From: a bacterium
GTDB lineage: Bacteria; Patescibacteriota; Minisyncoccia; Minisyncoccales; GWA2-46-15
Assembly (NCBI GenBank): GCA_030693425.1
Contig: JAUYAM010000002.1
Coordinates: 256,632-320,631 of the forward strand
Length of the DNA: 64,000 bases
Reading direction: 5' to 3'
Shown: one piece after another, positions 50,295 to 59,891 of the stretch
How the letters are laid out: each line of letters opens with the position of its first letter
How positions within the stretch are numbered: the first letter of the stretch is position 1
Program-made: the position numbers and the translations under genes
The notes under the pieces: generated by a model
The model's database searches: none
The model's input: the letters and a program-made list of their open reading frames with translations, nothing else
Told to the model about the DNA's origin: nothing

Positions 50295-51320
50295 ATGGCT
50301 TTAAACCTGATAAAAAATATTAGAAAATTCAGTTTGAAAAACAGAAGGGTTTTTGTCATTGCTCTTGTTATCGTTTCTCTCTGGATTTTTGGCCTGGGAA
50401 CGGGAATGAAAATCATCGCCCTTTCTTTAGCGGCCTGGTATGTCTGGGCTTTCGGGCTGGGAGTCTGGAGCGGTCGGCTCTTGGCCGAAGGTTCTCTTTC
50501 AAAGTTCCCGGACATTGAAAAAACCGACCGGGTCCTCATTCTGGCGCCTCACATAGACGACGAAATCATTGCCTGCGCCGGAATTATCCAGGAAACGATC
50601 AGTGTTGGAGCGAAAATCCTGATCGTCTACGCCACCAACGGCGACAACCATCTGGCCTCTGTCCTTGGGAAAAATACAACCTTTGACCCGAACGATTTCA
50701 TTGATCTTGGGGAAAAAAGAATGATTGAAGCCGGGAAAGCGACGGCGGCTCTGGGACTGACGCAAAAAGATTCCATTTTCCTCGGCTATCCTGATTGCGG
50801 CCTCAACCACATGCTTTACCATTTCTTTGACTCGGAAACTTCCTATACTTCGGCCGGAACCAGGTTTAACTACAATCCTTACAAAGGCACTTACAGGGAA
50901 AAACAACTCTATACCGGAGCCAATCTGGCGGCTGACCTGAACGAGATCGTTGATAAGTTTAAGCCGACTATTGCCATTGTTCCCCACCCGAGAGACAATA
51001 ACCTAGACCATAAATCCTTGTTCTATCTCTGGGAAAAAGTTATCAATGAAAAAAGCGCCGAACCGAGCCAGTATGCCTATTTGATCCATTTCGGATTCTA
51101 TCCCCTGGAAAGGAAATTAAAACAAGACGATTTTCTTTATCCGCCAAAAAAACTCTTTTCCCAGGAAGGCTGGCACAGTTTTGATTTATTGCCGGAACAA
51201 GTAGAGAAAAAACTGGAAGCGGTCAACAAGAACGCTTCCCAGCTGAGAACGATTGACGCCTCGGCCTTTTTCTTGAGAAACTTTGTCAGGCAGAACGAAA
51301 TATTTGAGAAAATTGAGTGA
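50295..51320 (+). CDS. PIG-L/LmbE-family deacetylase with N-terminal TM anchor
   Basis: 341-aa ORF. ILAPHIDDEIIACAG (PHxDD), later HPRDNNLDH. TATAAT at 50284-50289 just upstream. Confidence 0.8.
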   Translation: MALNLIKNIRKFSLKNRRVFVIALVIVSLWIFGLGTGMKIIALSLAAWYVWAFGLGVWSGRLLAEGSLSKFPDIEKTDRVLILAPHIDDEIIACAGIIQETISVGAKILIVYATNGDNHLASVLGKNTTFDPNDFIDLGEKRMIEAGKATAALGLTQKDSIFLGYPDCGLNHMLYHFFDSETSYTSAGTRFNYNPYKGTYREKQLYTGANLAADLNEIVDKFKPTIAIVPHPRDNNLDHKSLFYLWEKVINEKSAEPSQYAYLIHFGFYPLERKLKQDDFLYPPKKLFSQEGWHSFDLLPEQVEKKLEAVNKNASQLRTIDASAFFLRNFVRQNEIFEKIE

Positions 51321-51344
51321 GCAACAAGCTCTTGTCTAAAAAAA

Positions 51345-51373
51345 AGCCGCCCGGTTCTCCTTGCCGGGCTGCT
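51345..51373. terminator. bidirectional hairpin terminator between convergent genes
   Basis: AGCCGCCCGG - 9-nt loop - CCGGGCTGCT (one mismatch), flanked by an A-run on the left. Confidence 0.55.
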
Positions 51374-51378
51374 TAATG

Positions 51379-51624
51379 TCATCTGATTTCGACAATTTTT
51401 GACGGCAACCACCCCGTCTTTTTACGGCAGACGACCTCGGCCATAATCTTTATCCGCTCGCCAACCTTGGCCGATTTCAGTTTTTCGTAACCCTTGACTT
51501 GGTCATCAACCTCAAGCAGGGCCGTCTGAAAGTCGTAGTATGCATAGATACTAACGACTGAAGAGCCGGGAACAGCAAGCTGGTAAACTATCCCGGTCGT
51601 TGCAACCGTGGAAGTTTTCTTCAT
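51379..51624 (-). CDS. hypothetical small protein (orphan with strong SD)
   Basis: 81-aa ORF. AAGGAGG 4 nt upstream of the ATG at 51622-51624. No family recognised. Confidence 0.5.
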   Translation of the reverse strand: MKKTSTVATTGIVYQLAVPGSSVVSIYAYYDFQTALLEVDDQVKGYEKLKSAKVGERIKIMAEVVCRKKTGWLPSKIVEIR

Positions 51625-51684
51625 TGTTCCTCCTTATGAGAAATTGGTTTGCTAGTAAGAGCTTAGCAAAAATAGTTCCTTTTT

Positions 51685-53148
51685 TCAAGGCCTTTGGCGG
51701 AAATCAGCCAGCTTGCTGAAAAACTTCAAGCTCAGCCGCCAGTAGTAAGAAAAAACTTGAGGGCTGGAAAGCCCTTCTTTCAACTTGCGAATGAAAAACT
51801 CAAAAGAAAAAATGCTCTTGTAAAGGCTGCGGACCAGCGCCAGAGTTTCTTCGTCCGCCATTTCTGTCTTAAGAATCGGCTCTCTCATATCATACCTGTC
51901 CCAATCTTTTGTCTTGAGCCAACCCTCTTTGTCTGCTTCGGCAAAAAGAGCTGTTCCCGGATAAGGAGTGACAATGGTTGCCTGAAGGCTGTCAATATAG
52001 CCTTGTTTGAAAAGCTGACGGGTCAAGTCAACCGTTTTTTGAGCCTGCTCTTTTTTCTCCCAGGGATAGCCGATCATGCAGGTGACGTGAGGATTCAGGC
52101 CCGCTCTTTTCGCCATTTTGACGGCTTCAACAATATCTCCTTCTTTTTCCCCCTTGTTGAGCCTGTCCAAAGTTTCCTGATTGGCAGATTCCAGGCCGTA
52201 AAGAATAAATCCAAAGCTGGCTTTCCCCATCAAGTCATAAGTCTCCTGGTCGACAATGGCATTGGCTCTCATGTTGCAGCCAAACCTGATTTTCTTGTTA
52301 TAACCTCTGTCAATCATCCCCCGGCAAAAATCCTCAAGCCACGGGCCTACCGGAAAAGTGCCAGTATCATCAAAAACTTCTTTGACGCCCAGTTCAATCA
52401 GCTGGCCGATTTCGTCTAATAATCTTTCCGATTTAACGACGCGGAACTGCGGAAAAATCGCTGTCCAAGAGCAAAAACTGCAGCCGCCTTTATTCCTCCA
52501 CCAGCAGTCGCGGCCGGCCATGGAAAAAGTGCCGGGAACCAAAGTAAAGTTTGAGTTTTTAAAGGCGTACAATTTCCATTTTGCCAGGTTTCTGTCGATC
52601 AGGGGCAAAGAATCAAGGTCATGGTTTAAAACAAACTGGCCCGTGTCTTTCAAATTGCCTCCGTCTCTAAACCACCAGCCCGGCTCTAGCTTTTCTCCTT
52701 TGGTCAAATGATTGGCCAGATTCAAAAGCATAAAATCATAATCGCCTCCGGTCAAAATATAGTCTACCCGGCAATTATCCATTGACTCTTGGGGCAAGGC
52801 GGTGACGTGGTCCCCCATCAAAACAGTTTTTAGTTTATAGTTTTTAGTTTTTAGTTCATTAATGATTTTCCAGTGGCGCTTTATTACCGGAGTTTTGGTT
52901 TCAATAGCAACAATATCCGGGTTTTCTTTCAAAAGCCGGGTCTGCCACTGTTCAAACTTGAGGCCTTCGTTTATGGCGTCGTCCCAAAAAACCTCAAAAC
53001 CCGCCTGTTTTAATAAAGTAGCTGCTGAAGCCGGAATAATCGGATAAGCTGTCCAGGGGCTGTGGGCAAACTGAAACTGCCTATTTTGGGCTAGCAAAGG
53101 AATCCCCTTCTCTGACTCTAGCGGCGGATAGGAAATAGCAATTTTCAC
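51685..53148 (-). CDS. B12-binding-domain radical SAM protein
   Basis: 487-aa ORF. N-terminal Rossmann-like B12-binding-type region, then Cys cluster RDCWWRNKGGCSFCSW (spacing C-x7-C-x2-C rather than C-x3-C-x2-C) and a TIM-barrel-like remainder. Confidence 0.75.
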   Translation of the reverse strand: MKIAISYPPLESEKGIPLLAQNRQFQFAHSPWTAYPIIPASAATLLKQAGFEVFWDDAINEGLKFEQWQTRLLKENPDIVAIETKTPVIKRHWKIINELKTKNYKLKTVLMGDHVTALPQESMDNCRVDYILTGGDYDFMLLNLANHLTKGEKLEPGWWFRDGGNLKDTGQFVLNHDLDSLPLIDRNLAKWKLYAFKNSNFTLVPGTFSMAGRDCWWRNKGGCSFCSWTAIFPQFRVVKSERLLDEIGQLIELGVKEVFDDTGTFPVGPWLEDFCRGMIDRGYNKKIRFGCNMRANAIVDQETYDLMGKASFGFILYGLESANQETLDRLNKGEKEGDIVEAVKMAKRAGLNPHVTCMIGYPWEKKEQAQKTVDLTRQLFKQGYIDSLQATIVTPYPGTALFAEADKEGWLKTKDWDRYDMREPILKTEMADEETLALVRSLYKSIFSFEFFIRKLKEGLSSPQVFSYYWRLSLKFFSKLADFRQRP

Positions 53149-53240
53149 TGTATTCTTTGATTAGTTTACGGTCCGAAAATTACGATTAGTAATTTTCATG
53201 TTGGTACATTCTATCATTTTCTGCTATATAATTGAATAAT

Positions 53241-54221
53241 ATGTCTATGAAAACCGTCAGCGTTATTCTGGCCACTCTAAACAGCGGCCTTATCCTGGAA
53301 CAATGCCTGGAAAGCGTCCGGACTCAAGATTACGACCAGGGAAAAATCGAAATAATTGTTGCCGACGGCGGCTCAACCGACCAGACCATTGAAATTGCAA
53401 GAAAGTACGGCGCAAAGACAATCAATGAAAACACGGGCAGCCCGGAAGCAGCCAAAGCCATTGCTTTATCTTACAGCGAGAATGAAATTATTCTTGAGAT
53501 TGACGACGACAATATCTTGCCGGAAAAAAACTGGCTGAAAAGAATGGTTTCCTGTTTTGACAAAGAGCCAGAGATCGCCGGCTGTTATCCCTGGAGATAC
53601 ACATACAGAAAAGAGGATAAAATCCTAAACCGCTATTTCTCCCTTTTTGGCGCCAATGACCCGGTCGCCTGGTTTTTTGGCAGGGCCGACCGCCAATCGT
53701 GTCTTAATTCGAATTGGGCTCTTTCCGGAAAGGCCCTGGACAAAGGAGACTATTTTCTGGTCGAGTTCAATCAGGAGAATTTGCCGACTGTCGGCGCCAA
53801 CGGCTTCCTGATCAGAAGAGATCTGCTGATGAAGGCTGATACCAACAACTTTTTTCACATTGACGTCAATCACGATCTGGTTTCCCAAGGCTATAATAAA
53901 TATGCTGTTGTCAAAAACGACATTGTTCATGCCAGCGGCGAAGGTTTCTGGAGATTCTTTCAGAAAAGAAAAAGGTACATGGAAAACCTTTACCTGAAAG
54001 ATTCCTCAAAAAGAAGATATTTCCTCTATAATCCGAAAAAAGACAAGTTAAAGATATTTGCCTATTCTCTTTATTCCCTGACCCTAGTTGGTCCGATTTT
54101 TGACGCTCTCCGCGGTTATTTAAAAATCAAAGACCTCGCCTGGTTTTTGCACCCGATTGTCTGTTTTATGATGTTTTGGATTTACTTTTGGGCGGTAGTC
54201 AAAAACAAATTCCGAATTTAA
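53241..54221 (+). CDS. family-2 glycosyltransferase
   Basis: VSVILATLNS...ADGGSTD...EIDDDN is the GT2 signature. Start taken at the first ATG (53241); the tracked ORF begins at a TTG at 53232. Confidence 0.85.
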   Translation: MSMKTVSVILATLNSGLILEQCLESVRTQDYDQGKIEIIVADGGSTDQTIEIARKYGAKTINENTGSPEAAKAIALSYSENEIILEIDDDNILPEKNWLKRMVSCFDKEPEIAGCYPWRYTYRKEDKILNRYFSLFGANDPVAWFFGRADRQSCLNSNWALSGKALDKGDYFLVEFNQENLPTVGANGFLIRRDLLMKADTNNFFHIDVNHDLVSQGYNKYAVVKNDIVHASGEGFWRFFQKRKRYMENLYLKDSSKRRYFLYNPKKDKLKIFAYSLYSLTLVGPIFDALRGYLKIKDLAWFLHPIVCFMMFWIYFWAVVKNKFRI

Positions 54222-54357
54222 AAAAAGTACTGGAGTCAGACTCTTGTATGTTGGATAAGGAGTTTTAACCTAGATTTTACTCACTGCCCCTATAGAAAAT
54301 GGGGGGGGTTATTTAAATCAAAGTAATATATCCAAGTCACTGAACCAGTACAAAAGG

Positions 54358-54386
54358 TTGACACTCATAGATATTTATGTTATAAA
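54358..54386 (+). promoter_or_regulatory. sigma70-type promoter for the 74-aa orphan gene
   Basis: TTGACA (54358-54363), a 17-nt spacer, then TATAAA (54381-54386). Confidence 0.6.
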
Positions 54387-54422
54387 GTAAACGGTTGTAA
54401 ATCCCTTTTGGAGGAGGATCCT

Positions 54423-54647
54423 ATGGACAACAAGTTCGCTGGATTTGCCGCCCTCGTTAACGCTCTGTCTCCTCAGACAATGCCTGATGGAGACGCTCAA
54501 GATATCGCTAACGGAGCGGCTTATATCCCGGGAGAGGTGACGGACTTACGCCGTGCGGGCCAAACCGTCAGTTTTGCGAAAACGGATGGTCCCAGAACCG
54601 AATGGTATTGGACAATGCCAGGCGGTACCACAATCAAACACGGCTAA
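54423..54647 (+). CDS. hypothetical small protein (G+C-rich orphan)
   Basis: 74 aa from the ATG at 54423. SD GAGGAGG 5 nt upstream. Own promoter and a strong terminator. Confidence 0.5.
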   Translation: MDNKFAGFAALVNALSPQTMPDGDAQDIANGAAYIPGEVTDLRRAGQTVSFAKTDGPRTEWYWTMPGGTTIKHG

Positions 54648-54667
54648 GCTTCATCTCCGCGGAAGAG

Positions 54668-54706
54668 AACCTGACAGTAAGCATAAGGCACTGTCAGGTT
54701 TTTATT
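54668..54706 (+). terminator. 10-bp-stem intrinsic terminator
   Basis: AACCTGACAG - 13-nt loop - CTGTCAGGTT followed by TTTATT. Confidence 0.75.
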
Positions 54707-54890
54707 ATCAAAGATGCGTTTAGGCTTTACTTAAAGAAACACAAGATTCTAGCGTCGTTCCGCAGGCAGGACCATGGCGTCAGTCCAACGACCTGAGTTG
54801 CTTAACACGGAGTTGCTTAACTTGTAACTTGATTAAGCAACCGCAAATAAAAAATGGCTAAATCTTTTTAAAACCAGTTTGTCCAACAAC

Positions 54891-54918
54891 CGATAAACCT
54901 ACGATCGTAGGTTTATCG
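54891..54918. repeat. 28-bp perfect palindrome CGATAAACCTACGATCGTAGGTTTATCG, copy 2
   Basis: Same core as 13192-13223. Lies 45 nt 3' of the stop of the reverse-strand radical SAM gene. Confidence 0.85.
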
Positions 54919-54962
54919 ATATGATTTGTTCGGAAAACTTAATTGAGTGCTAATCAAACAGC

Positions 54963-56015
54963 TTAATCAAGGGAGCGAGGCACAAACCACTCAATGCCGT
55001 CCTGAAAAGGAAAGTTGCACTGTCGGCAAATGGCAGGCAGTTTTTCTTCTGAAAAGTTTAAGTGCGTCTGGCGGAAACTTTCCAGTATCGGAGATTTCCA
55101 TGTCTCCGAGAAAGAATGAGTTAAAATATTGCCCAAAACAAATTTAGATTCAAAATCCCGGCAGCAAATTACAAAGTTGCCTTCCCAATCAACCATAAAA
55201 GTATGCCAAAGTGACCGACAAGGATAGGTCAACTTTGAACCTTGAACGTTTCCGCCAGAGGCGGACCCGCCTTTGGCGGGAAATTTTGAATTTAGTTGTA
55301 CTCCCCCGCCCCATTCATGAGCAATGGAAATAGTCACCGAGTCAACCTTTTTAGACCAGTTCTTGATATGCTGGTTGATGTCTTTATTGTCCTTAGTCAA
55401 AACAGAAGAAATTAAAATCTTAGGCAAGGAACTCTTCTTTTCCTTCCTGATTTTGATAAGGTTTTCGATGCTTGCCTTGGTTTTGTCAAAATCCAGGCCC
55501 ATTATTTCTTGATAGTCTTCGGGACTGGCCCCGTTAAAGCTAATGTTAATTTCTTCGATCTGAAGATCAACCAGCTGTTGGCTGATGGCCGAAGTTAATA
55601 AAAAAGCATTGCTATAGAGCTTGACCGAAAAACCCATTTCCTTGAATGCTTTTATCCTCGGGATAATTTGCGGATCGGTTAAGGGTTCTCCCAAGCCGCT
55701 GAAAAAAACCTTATTAATGGGCAGGCTTTCTTGCTTTACCCTCTCAATAATTTTTGAGAAAACTTCGTCGTTCATTACTCCTTTCTGCCTTTTCATTGAA
55801 CTATGAGGACACATCAGACAGCGAGCTGGGCAGAAATTGCTCGTTTCCAGCACCAAATTGAACGGACCCTTCCCGCTCGTTCTTACCCGGCTTTCGATCC
55901 CGGCCCTGACAATCTTATAGTAGGCCCTTGAGGCGCTGACTTTTTTTGCCAGCCCTCGAACCCGGGGCAAAGACGAATAAATAAGTTTTGCCCAACGAAT
56001 GATTTTATCGGCCAT
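54963..56015 (-). CDS. radical SAM / SPASM-domain protein
   Basis: CPARCLMCP (C-x3-C-x2-C). C-terminus YPCRS....ICCRD.......CRQCNF is SPASM-like. Start M19 (56015) or M13 (56033) of the tracked ORF. Confidence 0.85.
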   Translation of the reverse strand: MADKIIRWAKLIYSSLPRVRGLAKKVSASRAYYKIVRAGIESRVRTSGKGPFNLVLETSNFCPARCLMCPHSSMKRQKGVMNDEVFSKIIERVKQESLPINKVFFSGLGEPLTDPQIIPRIKAFKEMGFSVKLYSNAFLLTSAISQQLVDLQIEEINISFNGASPEDYQEIMGLDFDKTKASIENLIKIRKEKKSSLPKILISSVLTKDNKDINQHIKNWSKKVDSVTISIAHEWGGGVQLNSKFPAKGGSASGGNVQGSKLTYPCRSLWHTFMVDWEGNFVICCRDFESKFVLGNILTHSFSETWKSPILESFRQTHLNFSEEKLPAICRQCNFPFQDGIEWFVPRSLD

Positions 56016-56023
56016 TATGGTAT

Positions 56024-56078
56024 TATAACACATGGTGATATACCGGGCATTCTGTCCGCTATAACACATAGTGATATA
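56024..56078. repeat. two 19-nt direct repeats in a divergent promoter region
   Basis: TATAACACATGGTGATATA (56024-56042) and TATAACACATAGTGATATA (56060-56078) match at 18 of 19 positions. Each is an imperfect dyad. Confidence 0.7.
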
Positions 56079-56107
56079 TCAAAACCTTGTTTTGCTATAG
56101 TAAAAAG

Positions 56108-57097
56108 ATGGCGGAATTAAAACCAAAGCTATCAATAATTGTCTGCACTTTCAACCGGGCTGAAAATCTGAAAGAATGCCTGGAAAGCCTGACAAAACAA
56201 ACTTTTGCCGATTTTGAAGTCATCATTGTCGACGCCGGCTCCACCGACAAGACCCCCGAGATTATTGACGACTATTGCCAAAAGTTAAGAGTCAAGAAGG
56301 TTTCTGACAACGGCAAAGAGTTGGCCAAAGCCAGGGATTTGGGCTGGCGGACTTCTCAAGGAGAATTGGTTTCTTGGATTGACGACGACGTCGTCGTCTG
56401 CGAAAACTGGGCTCAATCCATAGTCAAAACCTTAGACGGAAACCCTGGCATTGCCGGAGTCAGCGGCCCGACAATCGTCAAGGAAAATCTTTTAAAGAAC
56501 CGTGATGTTTTCTTTTTCTACGGCAAAAAGGGATTGGTTGGTCTTCTGGGAAAATTCTGGAATTATTTCTTCCTTGAGAGAAAAATGTACGAACCGGGCA
56601 AGCTTCTTAAAAGCGGGGCTTGGTCTCCGGGAGCCAATTTCTCCCAAAGTCTTGAAATCAAGGGCCTGAAAGAAGTTGACTACCTTGAGGCCTGTAATAT
56701 GACTCTGCGTCGAAATCTCGTTGAAAAAGCTGGCGGCTTTGATTTGGGCTTTCAGGGGACGGCTGAATGGTGCGAGATCGATCTGGCCCAGAAAATAAAA
56801 AAGCTCGGAAATAAGCTGGTTTTTAACGCTAACGTCCGGGTTGACCACGTCATTTCCCGGCAAGGAGCCTTTCCCAAAAGAACTTTTGCCAAAGAAAGGA
56901 TGGAAAATTTTTTCAGGTTTTATTTCCGCCATATCTTTAAATCCCGCCCTGATTATATATTCAGTTTTACCGCTTATGTTATTTTTCTCAATTTTTACTG
57001 GCTCGCCAAAGCAATTCAGACTAAAAACCTGAGCTGGCTTTCCGGTTGGCTGGGAACTGCCACTGGCTTTTTAAAAACAAGGGGCAAAAAAACATGA
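56108..57097 (+). CDS. family-2 glycosyltransferase
   Basis: Start at MAELKPKLSIIVCTFNR (ATG 56108). VDAGSTD...WIDDD is the GT2 signature. Confidence 0.85.
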   Translation: MAELKPKLSIIVCTFNRAENLKECLESLTKQTFADFEVIIVDAGSTDKTPEIIDDYCQKLRVKKVSDNGKELAKARDLGWRTSQGELVSWIDDDVVVCENWAQSIVKTLDGNPGIAGVSGPTIVKENLLKNRDVFFFYGKKGLVGLLGKFWNYFFLERKMYEPGKLLKSGAWSPGANFSQSLEIKGLKEVDYLEACNMTLRRNLVEKAGGFDLGFQGTAEWCEIDLAQKIKKLGNKLVFNANVRVDHVISRQGAFPKRTFAKERMENFFRFYFRHIFKSRPDYIFSFTAYVIFLNFYWLAKAIQTKNLSWLSGWLGTATGFLKTRGKKT

Positions 57098-58161
57098 GAA
57101 TCGGGGTCAACGCAAAATTGTTGCGGGAAAAATACCACACTGGAATCCAAGCCTATATCTCCAACTTATATAAAGCGATAGTTTCCGCCGATAAAGACAA
57201 TGAATACTTTTTTCTTGATGACGGGCTCGGGAGCAGCCGGCTTCTGAACGTTTTCTACAATAACCTTTTGGTCAGAAACCAAATAAAAAAAATCAAGATA
57301 GATATTTTTCATGCGGCAAATTCTATTCTCCCTTTGGGGCCAAAAGGCTGCTGCTACGTTTCCACTATCCACGATCTGGGATTCAAAACCATTCCCCAAT
57401 GGACTCCGAAGGCAGAAATCGTTTATTATAATCTTGTTTTTGAGAATATTATCAAAAAGGCCGATTTAATCGTCGCCGACTCTCTCTTCGTCAAACAGGA
57501 GATTAAAGATTATTACGGAGTTGAAGACCAAAAATTGAGAGTCGCCCCTCTAGGCCTGAACGAGTTTTATCTTGAGAAAGAAGTTGAACCTTACCTGGAA
57601 GATATCCGAAAGAAATATAGGCTTAAGGGAAAGAAAGTTGTTCTCGCCAACAGCGCCCACTGCAACAGGAAAAACATCGACTCTCTAGTAAACGCGTTCG
57701 TTGAAAACAGCGATCGTTTAAAAGATGCTGACCTGGTAATTGCCGGAGCCACCGGCAAAACCACCTTCCAAAGCCTGATCAATCCGGACAACAAAGCCAA
57801 GATAACCGTTGCCGGCTACCTCCCCATCAGAGAGCAGAGAGCCCTTTACCAGATCGCCGACATCTTTATTTATCCTTCTTTATACGAAGGCTTTGGCTTG
57901 CCGATTTTGGAGGCGATGGCTTCCGGCTGCCTCGTTTTCGCTTCAAACATTCCTCCGGTCCGGGAAATTGTCGCTGATGACAACCTTTTATTTAATCCCT
58001 TGGCGATAGGCGAGATCTGCGAAAAGATAAGGTATTACTTGGATATTGAAAATTCAAAAAAGCAGCTCTTAATCGGCTCTTACCGGGAAATTCTGGGGAA
58101 ATTCACCTGGCGGAAAGCCGCAGAAGAAATGATTAGCATTTTTAATTCCCTCAAGCCATGA
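57094..58161 (+). CDS. GT4-type (GT-B) glycosyltransferase
   Basis: Start at MRIGVNAKLL (ATGA overlap at 57094-57097). C-terminal YPSLYEGFGLPILEAMASG is the GT4 signature. Confidence 0.85.
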   Translation: MRIGVNAKLLREKYHTGIQAYISNLYKAIVSADKDNEYFFLDDGLGSSRLLNVFYNNLLVRNQIKKIKIDIFHAANSILPLGPKGCCYVSTIHDLGFKTIPQWTPKAEIVYYNLVFENIIKKADLIVADSLFVKQEIKDYYGVEDQKLRVAPLGLNEFYLEKEVEPYLEDIRKKYRLKGKKVVLANSAHCNRKNIDSLVNAFVENSDRLKDADLVIAGATGKTTFQSLINPDNKAKITVAGYLPIREQRALYQIADIFIYPSLYEGFGLPILEAMASGCLVFASNIPPVREIVADDNLLFNPLAIGEICEKIRYYLDIENSKKQLLIGSYREILGKFTWRKAAEEMISIFNSLKP

Positions 58162-58772
58162 TTCTAAAGGACAAATCTGCCATTAAAAGATATTTGCATC
58201 ATCTCGGGCCCAAAGTCATCGACAGAATAAGGCGGAGCGAAAAACTCGCAGATTTTGGATGCGCCGAGGGCCGGCTTTTGGAAGTGATCGAAGAGCATTT
58301 TGGAAAAACAAAAGAAAATCTTTATGGTTTTGACGTTTCCGAAAGCTTTGTCGCCGAGGCAAAGAAAGCTTTTCCAAACGTCTATTATCTTGATCTTTCC
58401 AGAGACGAAATGAAAGAACGGGGCTTTGACGTCGTCTTTGCCTTTGATATCATCGAACACTTGGAAAACCCTGATAAGTTTTTAGAAAACATTGTTTCTA
58501 TTATGAAAAATAAAGGGCTGCTGATTCTCTCAACTCCAAACATCAATTCCCTTTCGCATCTCATCCAAAAATCCAACTGGTTTGCCTTCAAAGACAAAAC
58601 CCATAAAGTCCTCTATTCCCGGTCCTCTCTGTTTCCGTTACTGGAGAGGTTTGAGCTGAAAACAATTGTTTCCAAAACTATTTCTGACACCGGCTTCCCT
58701 CTCTATAACAAGATAATCTCTCTGACCAGCTTGGGCGGACAGATTCTTCTGGCGGCAGAGAAAAAACAATGA
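58158..58772 (+). CDS. class I SAM-dependent methyltransferase
   Basis: 204-aa ORF. LADFGCAEG (motif I), VVFAFDIIEHL. ATGA overlap on both sides. Confidence 0.85.
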   Translation: MILKDKSAIKRYLHHLGPKVIDRIRRSEKLADFGCAEGRLLEVIEEHFGKTKENLYGFDVSESFVAEAKKAFPNVYYLDLSRDEMKERGFDVVFAFDIIEHLENPDKFLENIVSIMKNKGLLILSTPNINSLSHLIQKSNWFAFKDKTHKVLYSRSSLFPLLERFELKTIVSKTISDTGFPLYNKIISLTSLGGQILLAAEKKQ

Positions 58773-59884
58773 AGACCGTTTGCCTTTACAACATCGGCGT
58801 CGGCAACACCGAGTTGCTGGCAAAGAAAATGGCTTTCTGGCAAAGCCAGGGGCTGAAGATAAAGATGGCCTGCCCGGAATACGCCGTCCCCGCCTTTAAA
58901 GAGTTGATCTGCGATATTGAATATATCAGAATCCCTTTTTGCCACCCGGTCAGCAACAAATTCACGCTGATCTTTGAACTCCTCAAGCGCTCCCTGATCG
59001 CCTGCTTTTTCTTTCCTGAAATCGCAAAAGCCGACACTCTTTATTCTATTTCGTCGGTCTTGGACGAACTCTTACTGCCTTTTTTCATCAAAATCTTCGA
59101 CGAAAGGATTGCCTGGGTCGCCCTATTCGAAAACGAAGTGGCCTTGAAAAGGCCGGGCAATATTTTTGTCCGCATCTTGGCCCGGGTCTTTTACCGGATA
59201 AGCCTGCTGCTCTTGAAGAAAGCCGACAGGATATTTGCCGTTACCGAAGACCTGAAATCGGTTTTAATTAAAACGGGAATCAATGAGAGAAAAATTGTGG
59301 TTACCAGCAACGCCGTCGACAAGACGGAAATAGAAAAGGCGATCTCGAAAAGAGAGTCCCAGTTCGACGGCCTGTTCGCCGGCAGGCTGGAAGAGGCAAA
59401 GGGCGTTTTTGATCTGATTAAAATCTGCCGGAAAGTGGTCGAGAAATACCCCAATTTTAGCCTGGGGATTGCCGGAACCGGCCATCAAAAACAGGAAAAA
59501 AAGCTGCGAGAACTTGTAAAAACCCTGGGGCTGGAAAAGAATATTAGGTTTTTGGGCTACGTTTCCGGTACGCAAAAGTTTAGGCTTTTGGCCAATTCCA
59601 GAATCTTCCTTTTTCCGAGCCTGGACGAAAGCTTCGGCGTCGCCCTCTTGGAAGCCATCTGCAGCGGCCGCAAAGCCATTGCCTACGACCTGCCGGCTTA
59701 CAAAAATATTTATCTGAACAACGAATTGGAGACTGTTCCGATCGGCGACATCAAAAGCTTCTCAGAAAAAGTGATTGGCATCTTGGACGAAAAAAACTTT
59801 GAGAACGCCGCCGGATTGAAATTGCTAATGTCCAACAAATACCGCTATGATAGAATTGCCGGGATCGAGTCCGATAATTTCTAG
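58769..59884 (+). CDS. GT4-type (GT-B) glycosyltransferase
   Basis: 371-aa ORF. FPSLDESFGVALLEAICSG is the GT4 E-x7-E region. Confidence 0.85.
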   Translation: MKTVCLYNIGVGNTELLAKKMAFWQSQGLKIKMACPEYAVPAFKELICDIEYIRIPFCHPVSNKFTLIFELLKRSLIACFFFPEIAKADTLYSISSVLDELLLPFFIKIFDERIAWVALFENEVALKRPGNIFVRILARVFYRISLLLLKKADRIFAVTEDLKSVLIKTGINERKIVVTSNAVDKTEIEKAISKRESQFDGLFAGRLEEAKGVFDLIKICRKVVEKYPNFSLGIAGTGHQKQEKKLRELVKTLGLEKNIRFLGYVSGTQKFRLLANSRIFLFPSLDESFGVALLEAICSGRKAIAYDLPAYKNIYLNNELETVPIGDIKSFSEKVIGILDEKNFENAAGLKLLMSNKYRYDRIAGIESDNF

Positions 59885-59891
59885 AACTAAA

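Noticed and set aside
54423-56015. RiPP-like pairing of the 74-aa ORF with the radical SAM/SPASM enzyme.
   Set aside because: The genes are convergent and separated by a strong terminator (54668-54706), a palindrome and about 300 bp. The small protein has no Cys/Ser/Thr-rich core or leader-like features. The radical SAM gene is embedded in a glycosyltransferase locus.
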